A DNA stretch of 64,000 bases from Betaproteobacteria bacterium (GCA_016791265.1 JAEUMY010000001.1:32882-96881), one strand, 5' to 3'. Numbered from the stretch's first letter, positions 47,847-57,985 are shown. Notes: generated by a model not told the origin, from the letters alone. Numbers and translations are program-made.

Positions 47847-49736
47847 ATGCCCGAGTTTGTGTTTTACGAAGAAGATGGCGGCTTCAAGTCGGGCAGCGTG
47901 ATGTCCGACATCGGCACCTCCTTGCAAGTCGAAGCCGTCTCCGGCAAGCGGAGCAAGATCAAGTCGGGCCACGTGTTGCTCCGCTTCGCCTCGCCCGGCC
48001 TCGTCGAATTCGCGCAAGCCTCGCAGGCGCGGGCCGATGAAATCGACCCTGACTTTCTCTGGCAAGTCTGCGGCCCGGACGAGTTCGGCTTCGCCGATCT
48101 CGCCCACGACTATTACGGTCATGCGCCCAGCGCGGTGGAAGCGGCCGCTGTCGCCATCAAGCTGCACGCGAGCCCGATGTACTTCTACAAGAAAGGAAAG
48201 GGCCGCTACAAGGCGGCGCCGGAGGAGAATCTCAAGGCCGCGCTCGCCTCGTTAGAGAAGAAGCAGAGGCAGGCCGAGCAGATCGCCACTTGGGTGGCAG
48301 AGCTGAAGACCGGGCGCTGTCCGGACGCGCTCAAGTCGCAGGTCACCATGCTGCTCTACAAGCCGGACCGCAACACGCTGGAAATGAAGGCGCTGGAGCA
48401 GGCTTGCGCCGAGACCGGACTGACACCGGTGCGGCTGCTGGCGTCGACCGGCGCGCTGACGTCACACCATGACCATCACCTGAAGCGCTTTCTCGTCGAG
48501 TATTTCCCCGAGGGGCGAGACGCCGACGTGAAGGTGTCACTCAGCGAATATTCGCATCCGCCCTTTGCGAATATTCGCACCTTCAGCATCGACGACGAGG
48601 AAACCACCGAGATCGATGACGCATTTTCAGTGGTCGCGAGAGACGAGGGCGGGTGGCGCATTGGAGTGCATATCGCCGCGCCGGCCGTCCTGTTTGATCG
48701 CGAGTCCTCGCTGGAAGCGCTGGCGGCCAAGCGGCTTTCCACCGTCTATTTCCCCGGCGACAAGATCACCATGCTGCCGCCCAACGCCGTGGCGACTGGC
48801 ACGTTGGCGGCAGGCAACGAGGTGCCGGTCGTGTCGCTGTATGTGGACGTGAACGCGGACCTGTCTCTCGGCGCCACGCACTCGACCATCGAGCGCGTCA
48901 CCATCACTGCGAATATTCGCATTCAGGAATTGGCGGCGCGCTTCACGCCGGAACACCTCGCGGCCGATACCGTGCCAGGGGAGTTCGGCAGGGAACTGGC
49001 GGTGCTCTGGCGCATCGCCAATCAACTCAAGACATTGCGCGGCGATACCGCCGAGGATCTCACCGGCAAGGTGGACTACAACTTCGCAGTCGAGAATGAT
49101 CGCGTCGCCATCACCACGCGCCAACGCGGCAACCCCATTGACCTCACCGTGTCGGAGTGGATGATTTTCGCCAACAGCACCTGGGGCAAGCTCCTGGCCG
49201 ATCATGGGGTGGCGGCCATTTATCGGTCGCAGTCCAATGGCCGCACGCGCATGAGTCTGGAAGCGCTGCCGCACGAGGGGCTGGGTGTCGCCCAATACGC
49301 GTGGAGCACGTCGCCACTGCGCCGCTACGTCGATCTCGCCAACCAGCGCCAACTGGTGGCGCTGCTCTCCCAGCAAACGCCGCACTGGCCCAAGCGCTCG
49401 CCCGAGCTCGTCGAAGTCGCGCGCCGCTTCGAACTGACCTACGACGCGTACAACGAATTCCAGCGCGGCATGGAGCGCTATTGGGTGCTGCGCTGGTTTC
49501 ATCAGGAAGGCGCCACTCGTTTCGCCGCCACCGTGCTGCGCGAAGACCTGGTGCGGGCCAAAGAGCTGCCGCTGGTCACGCGCGTGCCCGGCATGACCGA
49601 TCAGCCGGCGGGAACGCATGTCTGGATCGAGGTCGCCGATATCGACTTCTGGGCGCCGGACGCCACCTTCCGCTTTGCTGGAAGAATCGACGGGCGAATC
49701 GAAGGCGGCAATGACAATGCAGTGCAATCCCCCTAG
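47847..49736 (+). CDS. RNB-domain exoribonuclease (RNase II family)
   Basis: RNB catalytic motifs (TEIDDAFSV, ...YFPGDKITMLP, SPLRRYVDL). Confidence 0.85.
   Translation: MPEFVFYEEDGGFKSGSVMSDIGTSLQVEAVSGKRSKIKSGHVLLRFASPGLVEFAQASQARADEIDPDFLWQVCGPDEFGFADLAHDYYGHAPSAVEAAAVAIKLHASPMYFYKKGKGRYKAAPEENLKAALASLEKKQRQAEQIATWVAELKTGRCPDALKSQVTMLLYKPDRNTLEMKALEQACAETGLTPVRLLASTGALTSHHDHHLKRFLVEYFPEGRDADVKVSLSEYSHPPFANIRTFSIDDEETTEIDDAFSVVARDEGGWRIGVHIAAPAVLFDRESSLEALAAKRLSTVYFPGDKITMLPPNAVATGTLAAGNEVPVVSLYVDVNADLSLGATHSTIERVTITANIRIQELAARFTPEHLAADTVPGEFGRELAVLWRIANQLKTLRGDTAEDLTGKVDYNFAVENDRVAITTRQRGNPIDLTVSEWMIFANSTWGKLLADHGVAAIYRSQSNGRTRMSLEALPHEGLGVAQYAWSTSPLRRYVDLANQRQLVALLSQQTPHWPKRSPELVEVARRFELTYDAYNEFQRGMERYWVLRWFHQEGATRFAATVLREDLVRAKELPLVTRVPGMTDQPAGTHVWIEVADIDFWAPDATFRFAGRIDGRIEGGNDNAVQSP
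48544..48555. repeat. GCGAATATTCGC palindrome, copy 18
   Basis: Inside the RNB ribonuclease gene, read as E-Y-S (LSEYSHP). It is 11 nt from copy 19. Confidence 0.95.
48567..48578. repeat. GCGAATATTCGC palindrome, copy 19
   Basis: Inside the RNB ribonuclease gene, read as A-N-I-R (PFANIRTF). 14-bp form. Confidence 0.95.
48909..48920. repeat. GCGAATATTCGC palindrome, copy 20
   Basis: Inside the RNB ribonuclease gene, read as A-N-I-R (ITANIRIQ). 14-bp form. Confidence 0.95.
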
Positions 49737-49768
49737 AATCGCAGGATGCATTTGAGGCGATTCCATTC

Positions 49769-50728
49769 ATGCTGATCCAGCGCGGCAAAGAACTTTCCGC
49801 CGCCATCGACGCGAGACTCAACCATCTCGCGGCAGTCCCGCCTCCCCCGATTGCCCTGAAGGTCCGTGACAAGCTGTCGCTCACGGTGCCGATGCAGTCG
49901 TCCATTCTCGTTTCCGTCGCATTTCACGCGCTGCTCATCATCGGCTTGGGCTTCGCCGTCTCGCCCATCAATCTCGCGGCGCCGCACAATGTGCTGGAGG
50001 TCGTGCTGGTCAACAGCAAGTCCGCCAAGCGGCCCGACAAGGCGGACGCCCTCGCGCAGGCCAATCTCGATGGCGGCGGCAATGTCGACGACAAGCGTCG
50101 CGCCAAATCGCCATTCCCCAACCTGCCTGAGGAGCGCAAAACCGCCGAAGATGTGAAGCAGGCCGACGTCCGCGTGAAGCAGATGGAGCAGGAGCTGAAA
50201 CAGCTCATGACCCAGGCCAATTCGCGCGCCAAGGTGGTGCAAGCCGAGATGAACAACGCGCCGTCGGGGGTGCCCGACCCGGCCACGACGGCGGACCTCA
50301 TCAAGCGCAATCAGGAAATCGAGCGGCTGGAAGCGCAAATTTCGCGCGAGTATCAAGCGTATCAGCAGCGCCCGAAGCGGACCTTTGTCGGCGCGCGCAC
50401 CATGGAATCGCGGTTTGCGACCTATGTGGACGGCTGGCGGGTCAAAGTCGAGCGGGTCGGCAACATCAACTATCCGCAAGAGGCGCGCGACCGCAACATT
50501 CAGGCGTCATTGCAGATGACGGTCGCCATCAAGGCCAACGGCGACATCGAGAACATCGAGATCAGCCGTTCCTCAGGCCACAAGTTCCTCGACCGCGCGG
50601 CCATGCGCATTGTGCGCATGTCCGGTCCCTTCGAGCCGTTCCCACCTGCGCTGAAGAAGGACACGGACGTGCTGCACATCACGCGCACGTTTTTCTTCAC
50701 CAAAGAAGAAGTCCTCCAGACCGAGTAG
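49769..50728 (+). CDS. TonB-family energy transducer
   Basis: N-terminal TM helix, a charged linker, and a TonB C-terminal domain (YPQEARDRNIQASLQMTVAIKANGDIENIEISRSSGHKFLDRAA). Confidence 0.8.
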   Translation: MLIQRGKELSAAIDARLNHLAAVPPPPIALKVRDKLSLTVPMQSSILVSVAFHALLIIGLGFAVSPINLAAPHNVLEVVLVNSKSAKRPDKADALAQANLDGGGNVDDKRRAKSPFPNLPEERKTAEDVKQADVRVKQMEQELKQLMTQANSRAKVVQAEMNNAPSGVPDPATTADLIKRNQEIERLEAQISREYQAYQQRPKRTFVGARTMESRFATYVDGWRVKVERVGNINYPQEARDRNIQASLQMTVAIKANGDIENIEISRSSGHKFLDRAAMRIVRMSGPFEPFPPALKKDTDVLHITRTFFFTKEEVLQTE

Positions 50729-50742
50729 CTCCGCTCGGGCCT

Positions 50743-51633
50743 TCACAACTTTCGTCTGACACTCGCGGCCAGCTTGCGGGCCACGACTTGATCGAGCTGT
50801 GTGTTCCAGGCCAACACCACTTCGATTGCCAACGCATCCGCACCTTCCAGCGGCCGATAGGCGAGGCCGGGCACCGTGGTGCGATCCCGGCTGCGATTGA
50901 TGAGGGTGAAACCTTCACCGTTCGCGATGCGCTCCAGGGTCAGGAGCTGCGCCAATTCAACATTGATGAACTTCGGCTTCAGGCCGCTTGCTTTCAGCAC
51001 TTGCTTCAACAAATCGTAGTAGGCGGGATTGAAGTTGCGCGGCCACCAGAATATGGGTAGTCCGGCCAAGTCCTTGAGCCGCACGGTGCGCTTCTTCGCC
51101 GCCGCGTGCCCGGCGGGCAGCGCCGCCAGCAGCGGATCGACGAATGCATGCTCGAACACGCAGGCGCCCAGCGCGACTGGCTGGGAGACGAGGGCGGCCG
51201 CCAGCCGGCCTTCGCGCAAATCCTCGGCGATCTGCGGCGAACGCTGGCCGATGGCGAGCGTGAAGCCATGAGGCCCGAATCGCTTGGCAAGCAGCACGCG
51301 AAATTGCTTCGCTTGCGCGGCGGTGACTGTGAGCGATGTCGCGAATGCAGGCAGCGACTTCACATGCCGCTGGCGGATGGTTTCGACCATCCCGTCAGCT
51401 TGCAGCAGCAGCTTGCGCGACTCGTCGAGCAACTCGGCGCCCGCCGCCGTCAATGCCACGCGCCGGGTGTCGCGTTCCAGCAGCGGCAGGCCCACGATGT
51501 CCTCCAGCTCCTGAATTTGCCGCGACAGGGGCGGCTGCGACACTCCCAGCCTCTCCGCCGCGCGGCGAAAGTTGAGCTCGCTCGCCACGGCGGCGTAGTA
51601 GCGCAAATGGCGCAAGGTGAGTCGATTGGACAT
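50743..51633 (-). CDS. LysR-family transcriptional regulator
   Basis: Start at MSNRLTLRHLRYYAAVASELNFRRAAERLGVSQPPLSRQIQELE, which is the wHTH, followed by the substrate-binding domain. Confidence 0.9.
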   Translation of the reverse strand: MSNRLTLRHLRYYAAVASELNFRRAAERLGVSQPPLSRQIQELEDIVGLPLLERDTRRVALTAAGAELLDESRKLLLQADGMVETIRQRHVKSLPAFATSLTVTAAQAKQFRVLLAKRFGPHGFTLAIGQRSPQIAEDLREGRLAAALVSQPVALGACVFEHAFVDPLLAALPAGHAAAKKRTVRLKDLAGLPIFWWPRNFNPAYYDLLKQVLKASGLKPKFINVELAQLLTLERIANGEGFTLINRSRDRTTVPGLAYRPLEGADALAIEVVLAWNTQLDQVVARKLAASVRRKL

Positions 51634-51656
51634 GGGCTGGGCAGCGATCACGGGCT

Positions 51657-51675
51657 TGATACCTTTCCAGTATCA
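51657..51675. promoter_or_regulatory. LysR-type box TGATAC-N7-GTATCA (ATAC-N7-GTAT, T-N11-A)
   Basis: Perfect 6-bp inverted repeat, 24 nt upstream of the LysR gene start and 99 nt upstream of the divergent gene at 51774. Confidence 0.6.
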
Positions 51676-51773
51676 GCAAAAGAGTCATTCCTGCCAAGAG
51701 GGTGCGCACGTAAGGTGCGAGTCCGGCTGCGTGTCATCCGGTCTTCTCTCCCAATCGCACACAAGGACAACCC

Positions 51774-52592
51774 ATGAACCGCCTCACACACGACCTCAGA
51801 AAAGCCGCCGCCGCGTGCGTCATCGGCGCGGCGTTATGGCATCCGCCTGCCCAGGCCTCGGATGCGAATCATCCCGTCAACTTCTCCGACATCTGGTGGA
51901 ATGCCGCCGAGTCCGGCTGGGCCACCTATGTCGCGCATCATGGCGACACTGCCGGTTTTGGCTTGCTGGTTCATGACGCAGAGGGCCGGCCATTTCATGT
52001 CACCGGCGGGCTGCGTCTCATCGCGCGCACCAATCCGGGTTTTCATCCGGTGTTTGGTGGCACGCTCATCGCCACCACGGGTCCCGGCTTCGGTGGTGTG
52101 TTCGACCCCGTGCAAGTCACGCGCCGCGTGGTGGGTGCGGCGACCTTTGAACCGCTGTCGGCCAACACTGCGCGGCTCTCATACAGCATTGACGGGGTCA
52201 CCGTCATCAAGACAGTGAGCCGCATGACCATCGATACGCCCGACATCGGCGGCGTGTATCGCCATGTGCAGCGCCTGGACTTTCAGGCCGGCACGCCGGG
52301 CATGGCGCCGCGCAACTATGACGCAGGCGTGCTGACGGTGGACCATCAGGGTGCGTCGGTGTCCATGCGCTTCGACGGCGAGAAGAGCCGCTGCGACTAT
52401 CAGGGGCAGTACGCGCAGAATGGCCGCTATGGCGAAATCACCGGTGTTTACGGCTGTGATGGCGGCGGTGGCGGCGCCTTTCGCATGACGGAAGTGGAGC
52501 GAAGTGCGAGCGGGCTTTCCGGGAAATTCAGCACCCTGCAAGGCGCAACAGGCTTTGTGCGCGGCAACTTCTCGGCACTGCCCGGCAACTGA
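51774..52592 (+). CDS. secreted protein carrying one WW..GW module (unknown function)
   Basis: Signal peptide ...AALWHPPAQA. The segment FSDIWWNAAESGWATYVAHHGD... is homologous to the two C-terminal modules of the 36132 protein. Confidence 0.7.
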   Translation: MNRLTHDLRKAAAACVIGAALWHPPAQASDANHPVNFSDIWWNAAESGWATYVAHHGDTAGFGLLVHDAEGRPFHVTGGLRLIARTNPGFHPVFGGTLIATTGPGFGGVFDPVQVTRRVVGAATFEPLSANTARLSYSIDGVTVIKTVSRMTIDTPDIGGVYRHVQRLDFQAGTPGMAPRNYDAGVLTVDHQGASVSMRFDGEKSRCDYQGQYAQNGRYGEITGVYGCDGGGGGAFRMTEVERSASGLSGKFSTLQGATGFVRGNFSALPGN

Positions 52593-52616
52593 GTTCCGCC
52601 AGACGGCCCGGCCGCA

Positions 52617-54140
52617 TCAAACTTTCTTGACGACGGCGTACAGCGCCAACGTCCGCTTCCGCGCCAAGGCGTGATCCACCACCGGCGCGGGATAGTCCTT
52701 GCCGATCACGCACCCGGCCGCTTGCTGCTCCAGGGGTGGCAGCGTCCACGGTGCGTGGATGTATTTGTCCGGCACCTTGGCGAGTTCTGGCAGGTAACGC
52801 CGGATGAACTCGCCTCGCGGATCGAAGCGCTCTGACTGGGTCACGGGATTGAAAATGCGGAAGTAGGGCTGCGCGTCGCAGCCGGATGACGCGGCCCACT
52901 GCCACCCGCCGTTGTTGGCCGCGAGATCGAAGTCGTTCAGATTGTCGGCGAAATACTTCTCGCCCCAGCGCCAGTCGATGTGCAGGTCCTTGGTGAGAAA
53001 CGACGCCGCGATCATGCGCAGCCGGTTATGCATGTAGCCGGTTTGATTGATCTGGCGCATCGCGGCGTCCACGATGGGGTAGCCGGTCCTGGCCTCGCAC
53101 CACGCGGCGAACAGCGTATTGTCATTGGGCCAGCGAATGGCGTCGTACTCGCGCTTGAACGCGCTTTCGACGACATGCGGGTGGTGCCAGAGAATCTGGA
53201 AGTAGAAGTCGCGCCACACGAGTTCGGACAGCCAGGTGGCCGCACCTTCCCCCTTGCCGTGCAGGGCGTGCGTGACCAGTTCGCGAATCGAGACAGTGCC
53301 GAAGCGATTGTGAACCGACAGGTGGGAGACGCCCTTCACCGCCGGATAGTCGCGCGCGGCCTTGTAGTCGCCGATGCGCTTCACGAAATCCTCGACCAGC
53401 GCCTTAGCACCCGTCATGCCGGGCATGATGCCCAGCGCGCGCTCTGAAAAAGTCCGGGGGACTGCTTCAGGGCGCCGCAGGCGGACCCGGCGGGATGCTT
53501 CCTCAGCCTCATGCTCGGGGAGCGCAATATTCGCACTCTCGAATCCCAGGTTCGCCAGAGTGGGTATGCCGCCGGAAGGGGGCCTCGCCAACGACTTTGC
53601 ATGTTTCTCCACCGGGTATGCGCGCTGAAAGAATCCGCCGCCAGCGTCAAGCTTCTTCAACCACGCGTTCTTGTATGGCGTGAACACGCTGAACGTGCCG
53701 CCGCTTTGGGTCGTCACCTCGTTCTTCTCGAATATCACCGTGTCCTTGAACGTCTTGAGCGCGATGCCCTGCGGCTTGAGCGCGTCCGCGACCGCGGCGT
53801 CGCGGCTGATGGCGGCGGGCTCGTAGTCGTGATTGGCATAGACCGCTTCCACCCCGAGTTCGGCTGCCAGCGCCGGGATCGCCTCGCGTGCCCGCGCATG
53901 GCGCGCGATGAGGCCGCCCCCCTGTTTTCTCAGCGCCGCGTCGAGTTCAATGACACTGCCGTGGATGAACTCCACCCTGCGGTCCCGCCTTGACGGCAAC
54001 GCGTCGAGAATTTCAGTGTCGAAGATGAACACGCACCAGACCGCGTCCGAATCCTTCAGCGCATGATAGAGGCCGGCATTGTCGTGGTCGCGCAGGTCGC
54101 GGCGGAACCAGAACAAGGTGCGTTGAAGCGGCTTCGTCAT
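52617..54140 (-). CDS. phr: deoxyribodipyrimidine photolyase / cryptochrome family
   Basis: Start at MTKPLQRTLFWFRRDLRDHDN. The C-terminal FAD domain has WRDFYF, TGYPIVDAAMRQL-like and GWMHNRLRM-like motifs. Confidence 0.9.
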   Translation of the reverse strand: MTKPLQRTLFWFRRDLRDHDNAGLYHALKDSDAVWCVFIFDTEILDALPSRRDRRVEFIHGSVIELDAALRKQGGGLIARHARAREAIPALAAELGVEAVYANHDYEPAAISRDAAVADALKPQGIALKTFKDTVIFEKNEVTTQSGGTFSVFTPYKNAWLKKLDAGGGFFQRAYPVEKHAKSLARPPSGGIPTLANLGFESANIALPEHEAEEASRRVRLRRPEAVPRTFSERALGIMPGMTGAKALVEDFVKRIGDYKAARDYPAVKGVSHLSVHNRFGTVSIRELVTHALHGKGEGAATWLSELVWRDFYFQILWHHPHVVESAFKREYDAIRWPNDNTLFAAWCEARTGYPIVDAAMRQINQTGYMHNRLRMIAASFLTKDLHIDWRWGEKYFADNLNDFDLAANNGGWQWAASSGCDAQPYFRIFNPVTQSERFDPRGEFIRRYLPELAKVPDKYIHAPWTLPPLEQQAAGCVIGKDYPAPVVDHALARKRTLALYAVVKKV

Positions 54141-54192
54141 GACGAGAATTTGGAGATGCCGGGGTTGAGGCAGTAGAATAGCGAACTTCGAG

Positions 54193-54753
54193 ATGCTTCC
54201 CGTCAATCTCACCAACCACTTCCTCATCGCCATGCCCGGCATGGTCGATCCGTATTTTTCCAAAACCCTGACGTTCATCTGCGAGCACAACGACAAGGGC
54301 GCGCTCGGCCTGGTCGTCAACAAGCCCATCGACGTGACCCTGGGCAATCTCTTCGAGCAGGTCGAGATCCCGCTGGATGACCAAGCGCTGTCCGCGCAAT
54401 CGCTCTACTTTGGCGGCCCGGTGCAGGTGGATCGCGGGTTCGTCTTGCATGAGCCGCATGGCGTGTGGAGTTCCTCGCTCAAGGTTGGGCCGCACCTCGC
54501 GCTCACCACCTCGAAGGACATTCTTGAGGCGATGGCCAAGGGTGAAGGCCCGCGCCGCCAGTTGATCACGCTGGGCTACGCCGGCTGGTCGGCGGGGCAG
54601 CTGGAGGAAGAAATCAAGAAGAACGGCTGGCTCACCGTCGAGGCCGATCCCGAGACCATTTTCGGCCTCTCTGCGGAAGCGCGATTGGAAGGGGCCATGG
54701 CGAAGCTCGGACTGAACTTCGGCAATCTCTCCGATCAGGCGGGGCACGCGTGA
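54193..54753 (+). CDS. algH: YqgE/AlgH-family protein
   Basis: LTNHFLIAMPGMVDPYFSKTLTFICEHN signature. Confidence 0.9.
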   Translation: MLPVNLTNHFLIAMPGMVDPYFSKTLTFICEHNDKGALGLVVNKPIDVTLGNLFEQVEIPLDDQALSAQSLYFGGPVQVDRGFVLHEPHGVWSSSLKVGPHLALTTSKDILEAMAKGEGPRRQLITLGYAGWSAGQLEEEIKKNGWLTVEADPETIFGLSAEARLEGAMAKLGLNFGNLSDQAGHA

Positions 54754-55187
54754 CCGGGGGATCGGGCACCGTTCTCGCCTTCGATTTTGGCGAGAAGCGC
54801 GTCGGCGTCGCCACGGGCGCCGCGAATATTCGCATTGCGCATCCACTGGAAACCATCCACGCCGAATCGAACGATGACCGCTTTACGCGCATCGCGACCC
54901 TGCTGGCCGAGTGGCAACCCACGCAATTGGTCGTGGGGCTGCCCACGCACATCGACGGCACGGAACATGAGCTGACCCGGCTTGCGCGCAAGTTCGCCAA
55001 TCGGCTCAATGGCCGCTTCAACCTTCCAGTCGCGCTGGTTGACGAGCGGCTCACATCCGCCGAAGCCGAAGAACGCTTGCGCGAAGTGGGCATCACCGGT
55101 CGCGGGCAGAAGGCGCATGTGGATGCCGTGGCCGCGCAATCCATTCTGCAATCCTGGTTCGATCAACATCATGACCAAACTACCTGA
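54750..55187 (+). CDS. ruvX: Holliday junction resolvase-like protein RuvX (YqgF)
   Basis: LAFDFGEKRVGVA...VVGLP...DERLTS, the YqgF pattern. Confidence 0.9.
   Translation: MTGGSGTVLAFDFGEKRVGVATGAANIRIAHPLETIHAESNDDRFTRIATLLAEWQPTQLVVGLPTHIDGTEHELTRLARKFANRLNGRFNLPVALVDERLTSAEAEERLREVGITGRGQKAHVDAVAAQSILQSWFDQHHDQTT
54822..54833. repeat. GCGAATATTCGC palindrome, copy 21
   Basis: Inside ruvX, read as A-N-I-R (GAANIRIA). Confidence 0.95.
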
Positions 55188-55689
55188 CGTGTCCTCGCTC
55201 ATCACCGAGCTGGCCCGCGCCATCGGCACGCCGCCGGCGGGCACGGTGCTGGTCGGCATTCACACCGGCGGCGTGTGGGTGGCCGAGAAACTGTCGGCCG
55301 CAATGCCCGTGAAGCTGCCGATGGGCACGCTCGCCATCACGCTGCATCGTGATGACTACGACCGGCGCGGCATCGCGCGCAACGCCAACAACGGCCTGCG
55401 CGTCGCACATTCAACAAGCACCCGCATGCCGATGGACATCACCGACCGTCACGTCCTGCTCGTGGACGATGTCATCGCCAGCGGCCGCACCGTGCGCGCG
55501 GCCATGAACGAGCTGTTCGACTTCGGGCGCCCGGCGAGCGTCAAGTTCGCCTGCCTAGCCGACCGGGGCGGGCGCGAACTGCCGGTCATGCCCGACTACT
55601 GCCCGCTGAAGCTCGACGTGCCGCAAGGTGAAGAAGTCGTGCTCGGCAAAGATGGCGACCGCCTGACCCTGCAATTCCACAAGAAATAG
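55171..55689 (+). CDS. pyrR: bifunctional pyrimidine operon regulator / uracil phosphoribosyltransferase PyrR
   Basis: Start at [10 protein letters not shown]. The PRPP motif [17 protein letters not shown] is present. Confidence 0.85.
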   Translation: MTKLPDVSSLITELARAIGTPPAGTVLVGIHTGGVWVAEKLSAAMPVKLPMGTLAITLHRDDYDRRGIARNANNGLRVAHSTSTRMPMDITDRHVLLVDDVIASGRTVRAAMNELFDFGRPASVKFACLADRGGRELPVMPDYCPLKLDVPQGEEVVLGKDGDRLTLQFHKK

Positions 55690-55694
55690 ATCAC

Positions 55695-56657
55695 ATGCCA
55701 GCGCACCCGCAACTCGACAGCCAGGGCAACCTGAAGCACCTCCTCACCACCGAGGGGCTGCCGCGACGACTCATCGAACAGGTTCTCGAAACCGCCGACC
55801 AGTTCGTGTCGATCGGTGAGCGCGAGGTGAAGAAGGTGCCGCTGCTCCGCGGCAAGTCGGTCTTCAATCTTTTCTTCGAGAACTCCACCCGGACCCGCAC
55901 CACGTTCGAAATCGCCGCAAAGCGACTGTCGGCAGACGTGATCAACCTCAACATCGGCGCGAGCTCCACCAGCAAGGGCGAGTCGCTGCTCGACACCATC
56001 GACAATCTGGCCGCGATGGATGCGGACATGTTCGTCGTGCGGCACCACTCGTCGGGCGCCCCCTATCTCATCGCCCAGCATGTGAAGCCCGGCGTGGCCG
56101 TGGTCAATGCGGGCGATGGCCGCCACGCGCATCCCACTCAGGGTTTGCTGGACATGTACACCATCCGCCACTACAAGAAGGATTTCACCCGGCTCACCGT
56201 CGCCATCGTGGGCGACGTGCTGCATTCTCGCGTCGCGCGTTCCCAGATCCACGCGCTCACCACGCTGGGCGTGCCGGAGGTGCGCGTGATCGGTCCACGC
56301 ACGCTGCTGCCCGCCGATGTGGAGCGACTCGGTGTGAAGGTGTTCCACGACATGAAGCGCGGGCTGGAGGGGGCCGACGTGGTGGTGATGTTGCGACTTC
56401 AGAATGAGCGCATGAACGGCCCGCTGCTGCCCAGCGCGCAGGAATTCTTCAAAACCTACGGCCTCACGGCGGACAAGCTCGCGCGCGCCAAGCCCGATGC
56501 CATCGTGATGCATCCCGGCCCCATGAATCGGGGCGTGGAAATCGATTCCCCCATCGCCGACGGGACGCAGAGCGTGATCCTGCCGCAAGTGACCTTCGGG
56601 ATCGCGGTGAGGATGGCGGTCATGAGCCTGCTCGGCGCGGGAGGCCGCCATGAGTAA
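55695..56657 (+). CDS. pyrB: aspartate carbamoyltransferase catalytic subunit
   Basis: [17 protein letters not shown] and HPGPMNRG motifs. Confidence 0.95.
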   Translation: MPAHPQLDSQGNLKHLLTTEGLPRRLIEQVLETADQFVSIGEREVKKVPLLRGKSVFNLFFENSTRTRTTFEIAAKRLSADVINLNIGASSTSKGESLLDTIDNLAAMDADMFVVRHHSSGAPYLIAQHVKPGVAVVNAGDGRHAHPTQGLLDMYTIRHYKKDFTRLTVAIVGDVLHSRVARSQIHALTTLGVPEVRVIGPRTLLPADVERLGVKVFHDMKRGLEGADVVVMLRLQNERMNGPLLPSAQEFFKTYGLTADKLARAKPDAIVMHPGPMNRGVEIDSPIADGTQSVILPQVTFGIAVRMAVMSLLGAGGRHE

Positions 56658-57936
56658 CACCATGAACGTCGAAATCAAGAATGGACGGGTTGTCGACCCG
56701 GCCAGTGGTGCCGATGCGATGCAGTCGATCTACGTTGTCGATGGACGCATCGCCGCGGTGGGAAACGCGCCGAAGGACTTCAACGCGGATCGCGTCATCG
56801 ATGCCGCTGGCAAGATCGTGTGTCCGGGCCTGGTGGACTTGTCCGCGCGTTTGCGCGAGCCTGGCAATGAACACAAGGCCACGCTGGAATCCGAAATGCG
56901 CGCGGCGGTCGCGGGCGGCGTGACCAGTCTCGTCTGCCCGCCGGATACCGATCCGCCCCTGGATGAGCCCGGCCTCGTGGAGATGCTGAAGCGCCGCGCC
57001 GATGCGCTGAAGCAGGCGCGCGTCTATCCGCTGGGTGCGCTGACCCAGGGGCTGAAGGGTCAACGCCTGGCGGAGATGGGCGCGTTGACCGAGGCGGGTT
57101 GCGTCGGCTTCTTCCAGGCGGATTGCCCGCTCACTGACACCAATGTGCTGTGGCGCGCCATGCAGTACGCCGCGACACACGGCTTCACGATCTGGCTGCG
57201 CCCGGAGGATGCGCATCTCGCCACAGGGGGGGTCGCGCACGACGGCGAAATGGCCACGCGGCTCGGGTTGCCCGCCATTCCCGCCGTCGCGGAAACCATC
57301 GCGGTGCAAACCATCGTCACGCTGGTGGCCGAGACGGGCTGTCGCGTGCATCTCGCACGCATCTCCGCCGCACCCAGTCTCGCGGTCATCGCTGCCGCCA
57401 AGAAAGCGGGTCTGCCGCTCACCTGCGATGTCGGCATCCACCATCTGCTCCTGGCCGACCGCGACATTGGTTACTTCGATCCGCAGTATCGCTTCACCCC
57501 ACCGCTCCGCGATGTGCGCGACCGCGATGCCTTGCGTCAGGGCGTGGTGTCGGGCGTGATCGACGCCATCTGTTCGGACCACACGCCGGTCGACGACGAC
57601 GAGAAGCAGGTGCCGTTTGACGAAGCGACACCCGGCGCCACCGGCCTGGAGCTGCTGCTGCCGCTCACGCTGAAGTTCGCCGCCGAGATGAAGCTGCCGC
57701 TGAAGAATGCGCTGGCGAAAATCACATCCGCCCCCGCCGCGCTGCTGGGCATTCCCGCCGGCACGCTCGCGGTCGGCTCGCCGGCGGATCTCTGTATCTT
57801 CGACGAGCAGGCGTTCTGGGCCGTCACCCCGCGCACGCTCTGTTCACAGGGCAAGAACACGCCGTGGATGAAGCGCGAGCTCGTCGGCAAGGTGACGCAG
57901 ACGGTGGTAGGCGGGCAGACGGTGTTTCCGGGCTGA
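56650..57936 (+). CDS. pyrC: dihydroorotase-like protein, probably the non-catalytic PyrC' type
   Basis: Amidohydrolase fold overlapping pyrB by 8 nt. The position of the metal-binding D-x-H-x-H reads [14 protein letters not shown], so no His-x-His is present. Confidence 0.8.
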   Translation: MSNTMNVEIKNGRVVDPASGADAMQSIYVVDGRIAAVGNAPKDFNADRVIDAAGKIVCPGLVDLSARLREPGNEHKATLESEMRAAVAGGVTSLVCPPDTDPPLDEPGLVEMLKRRADALKQARVYPLGALTQGLKGQRLAEMGALTEAGCVGFFQADCPLTDTNVLWRAMQYAATHGFTIWLRPEDAHLATGGVAHDGEMATRLGLPAIPAVAETIAVQTIVTLVAETGCRVHLARISAAPSLAVIAAAKKAGLPLTCDVGIHHLLLADRDIGYFDPQYRFTPPLRDVRDRDALRQGVVSGVIDAICSDHTPVDDDEKQVPFDEATPGATGLELLLPLTLKFAAEMKLPLKNALAKITSAPAALLGIPAGTLAVGSPADLCIFDEQAFWAVTPRTLCSQGKNTPWMKRELVGKVTQTVVGGQTVFPG

Positions 57937-57985
57937 TCGTCCGCGCTGCGACTCTCAAGCAATATTCTCAGCACCCGTCGGCAAT

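Noticed and set aside
48544-48578. Repeat-spacer-repeat appearance (12-nt repeat, 11-nt spacer) that could suggest a mini CRISPR array
   Set aside because: There are only two units. The repeats are far shorter than CRISPR repeats, lie inside a conserved CDS, are identical to 22 dispersed copies elsewhere, and no cas genes are present.
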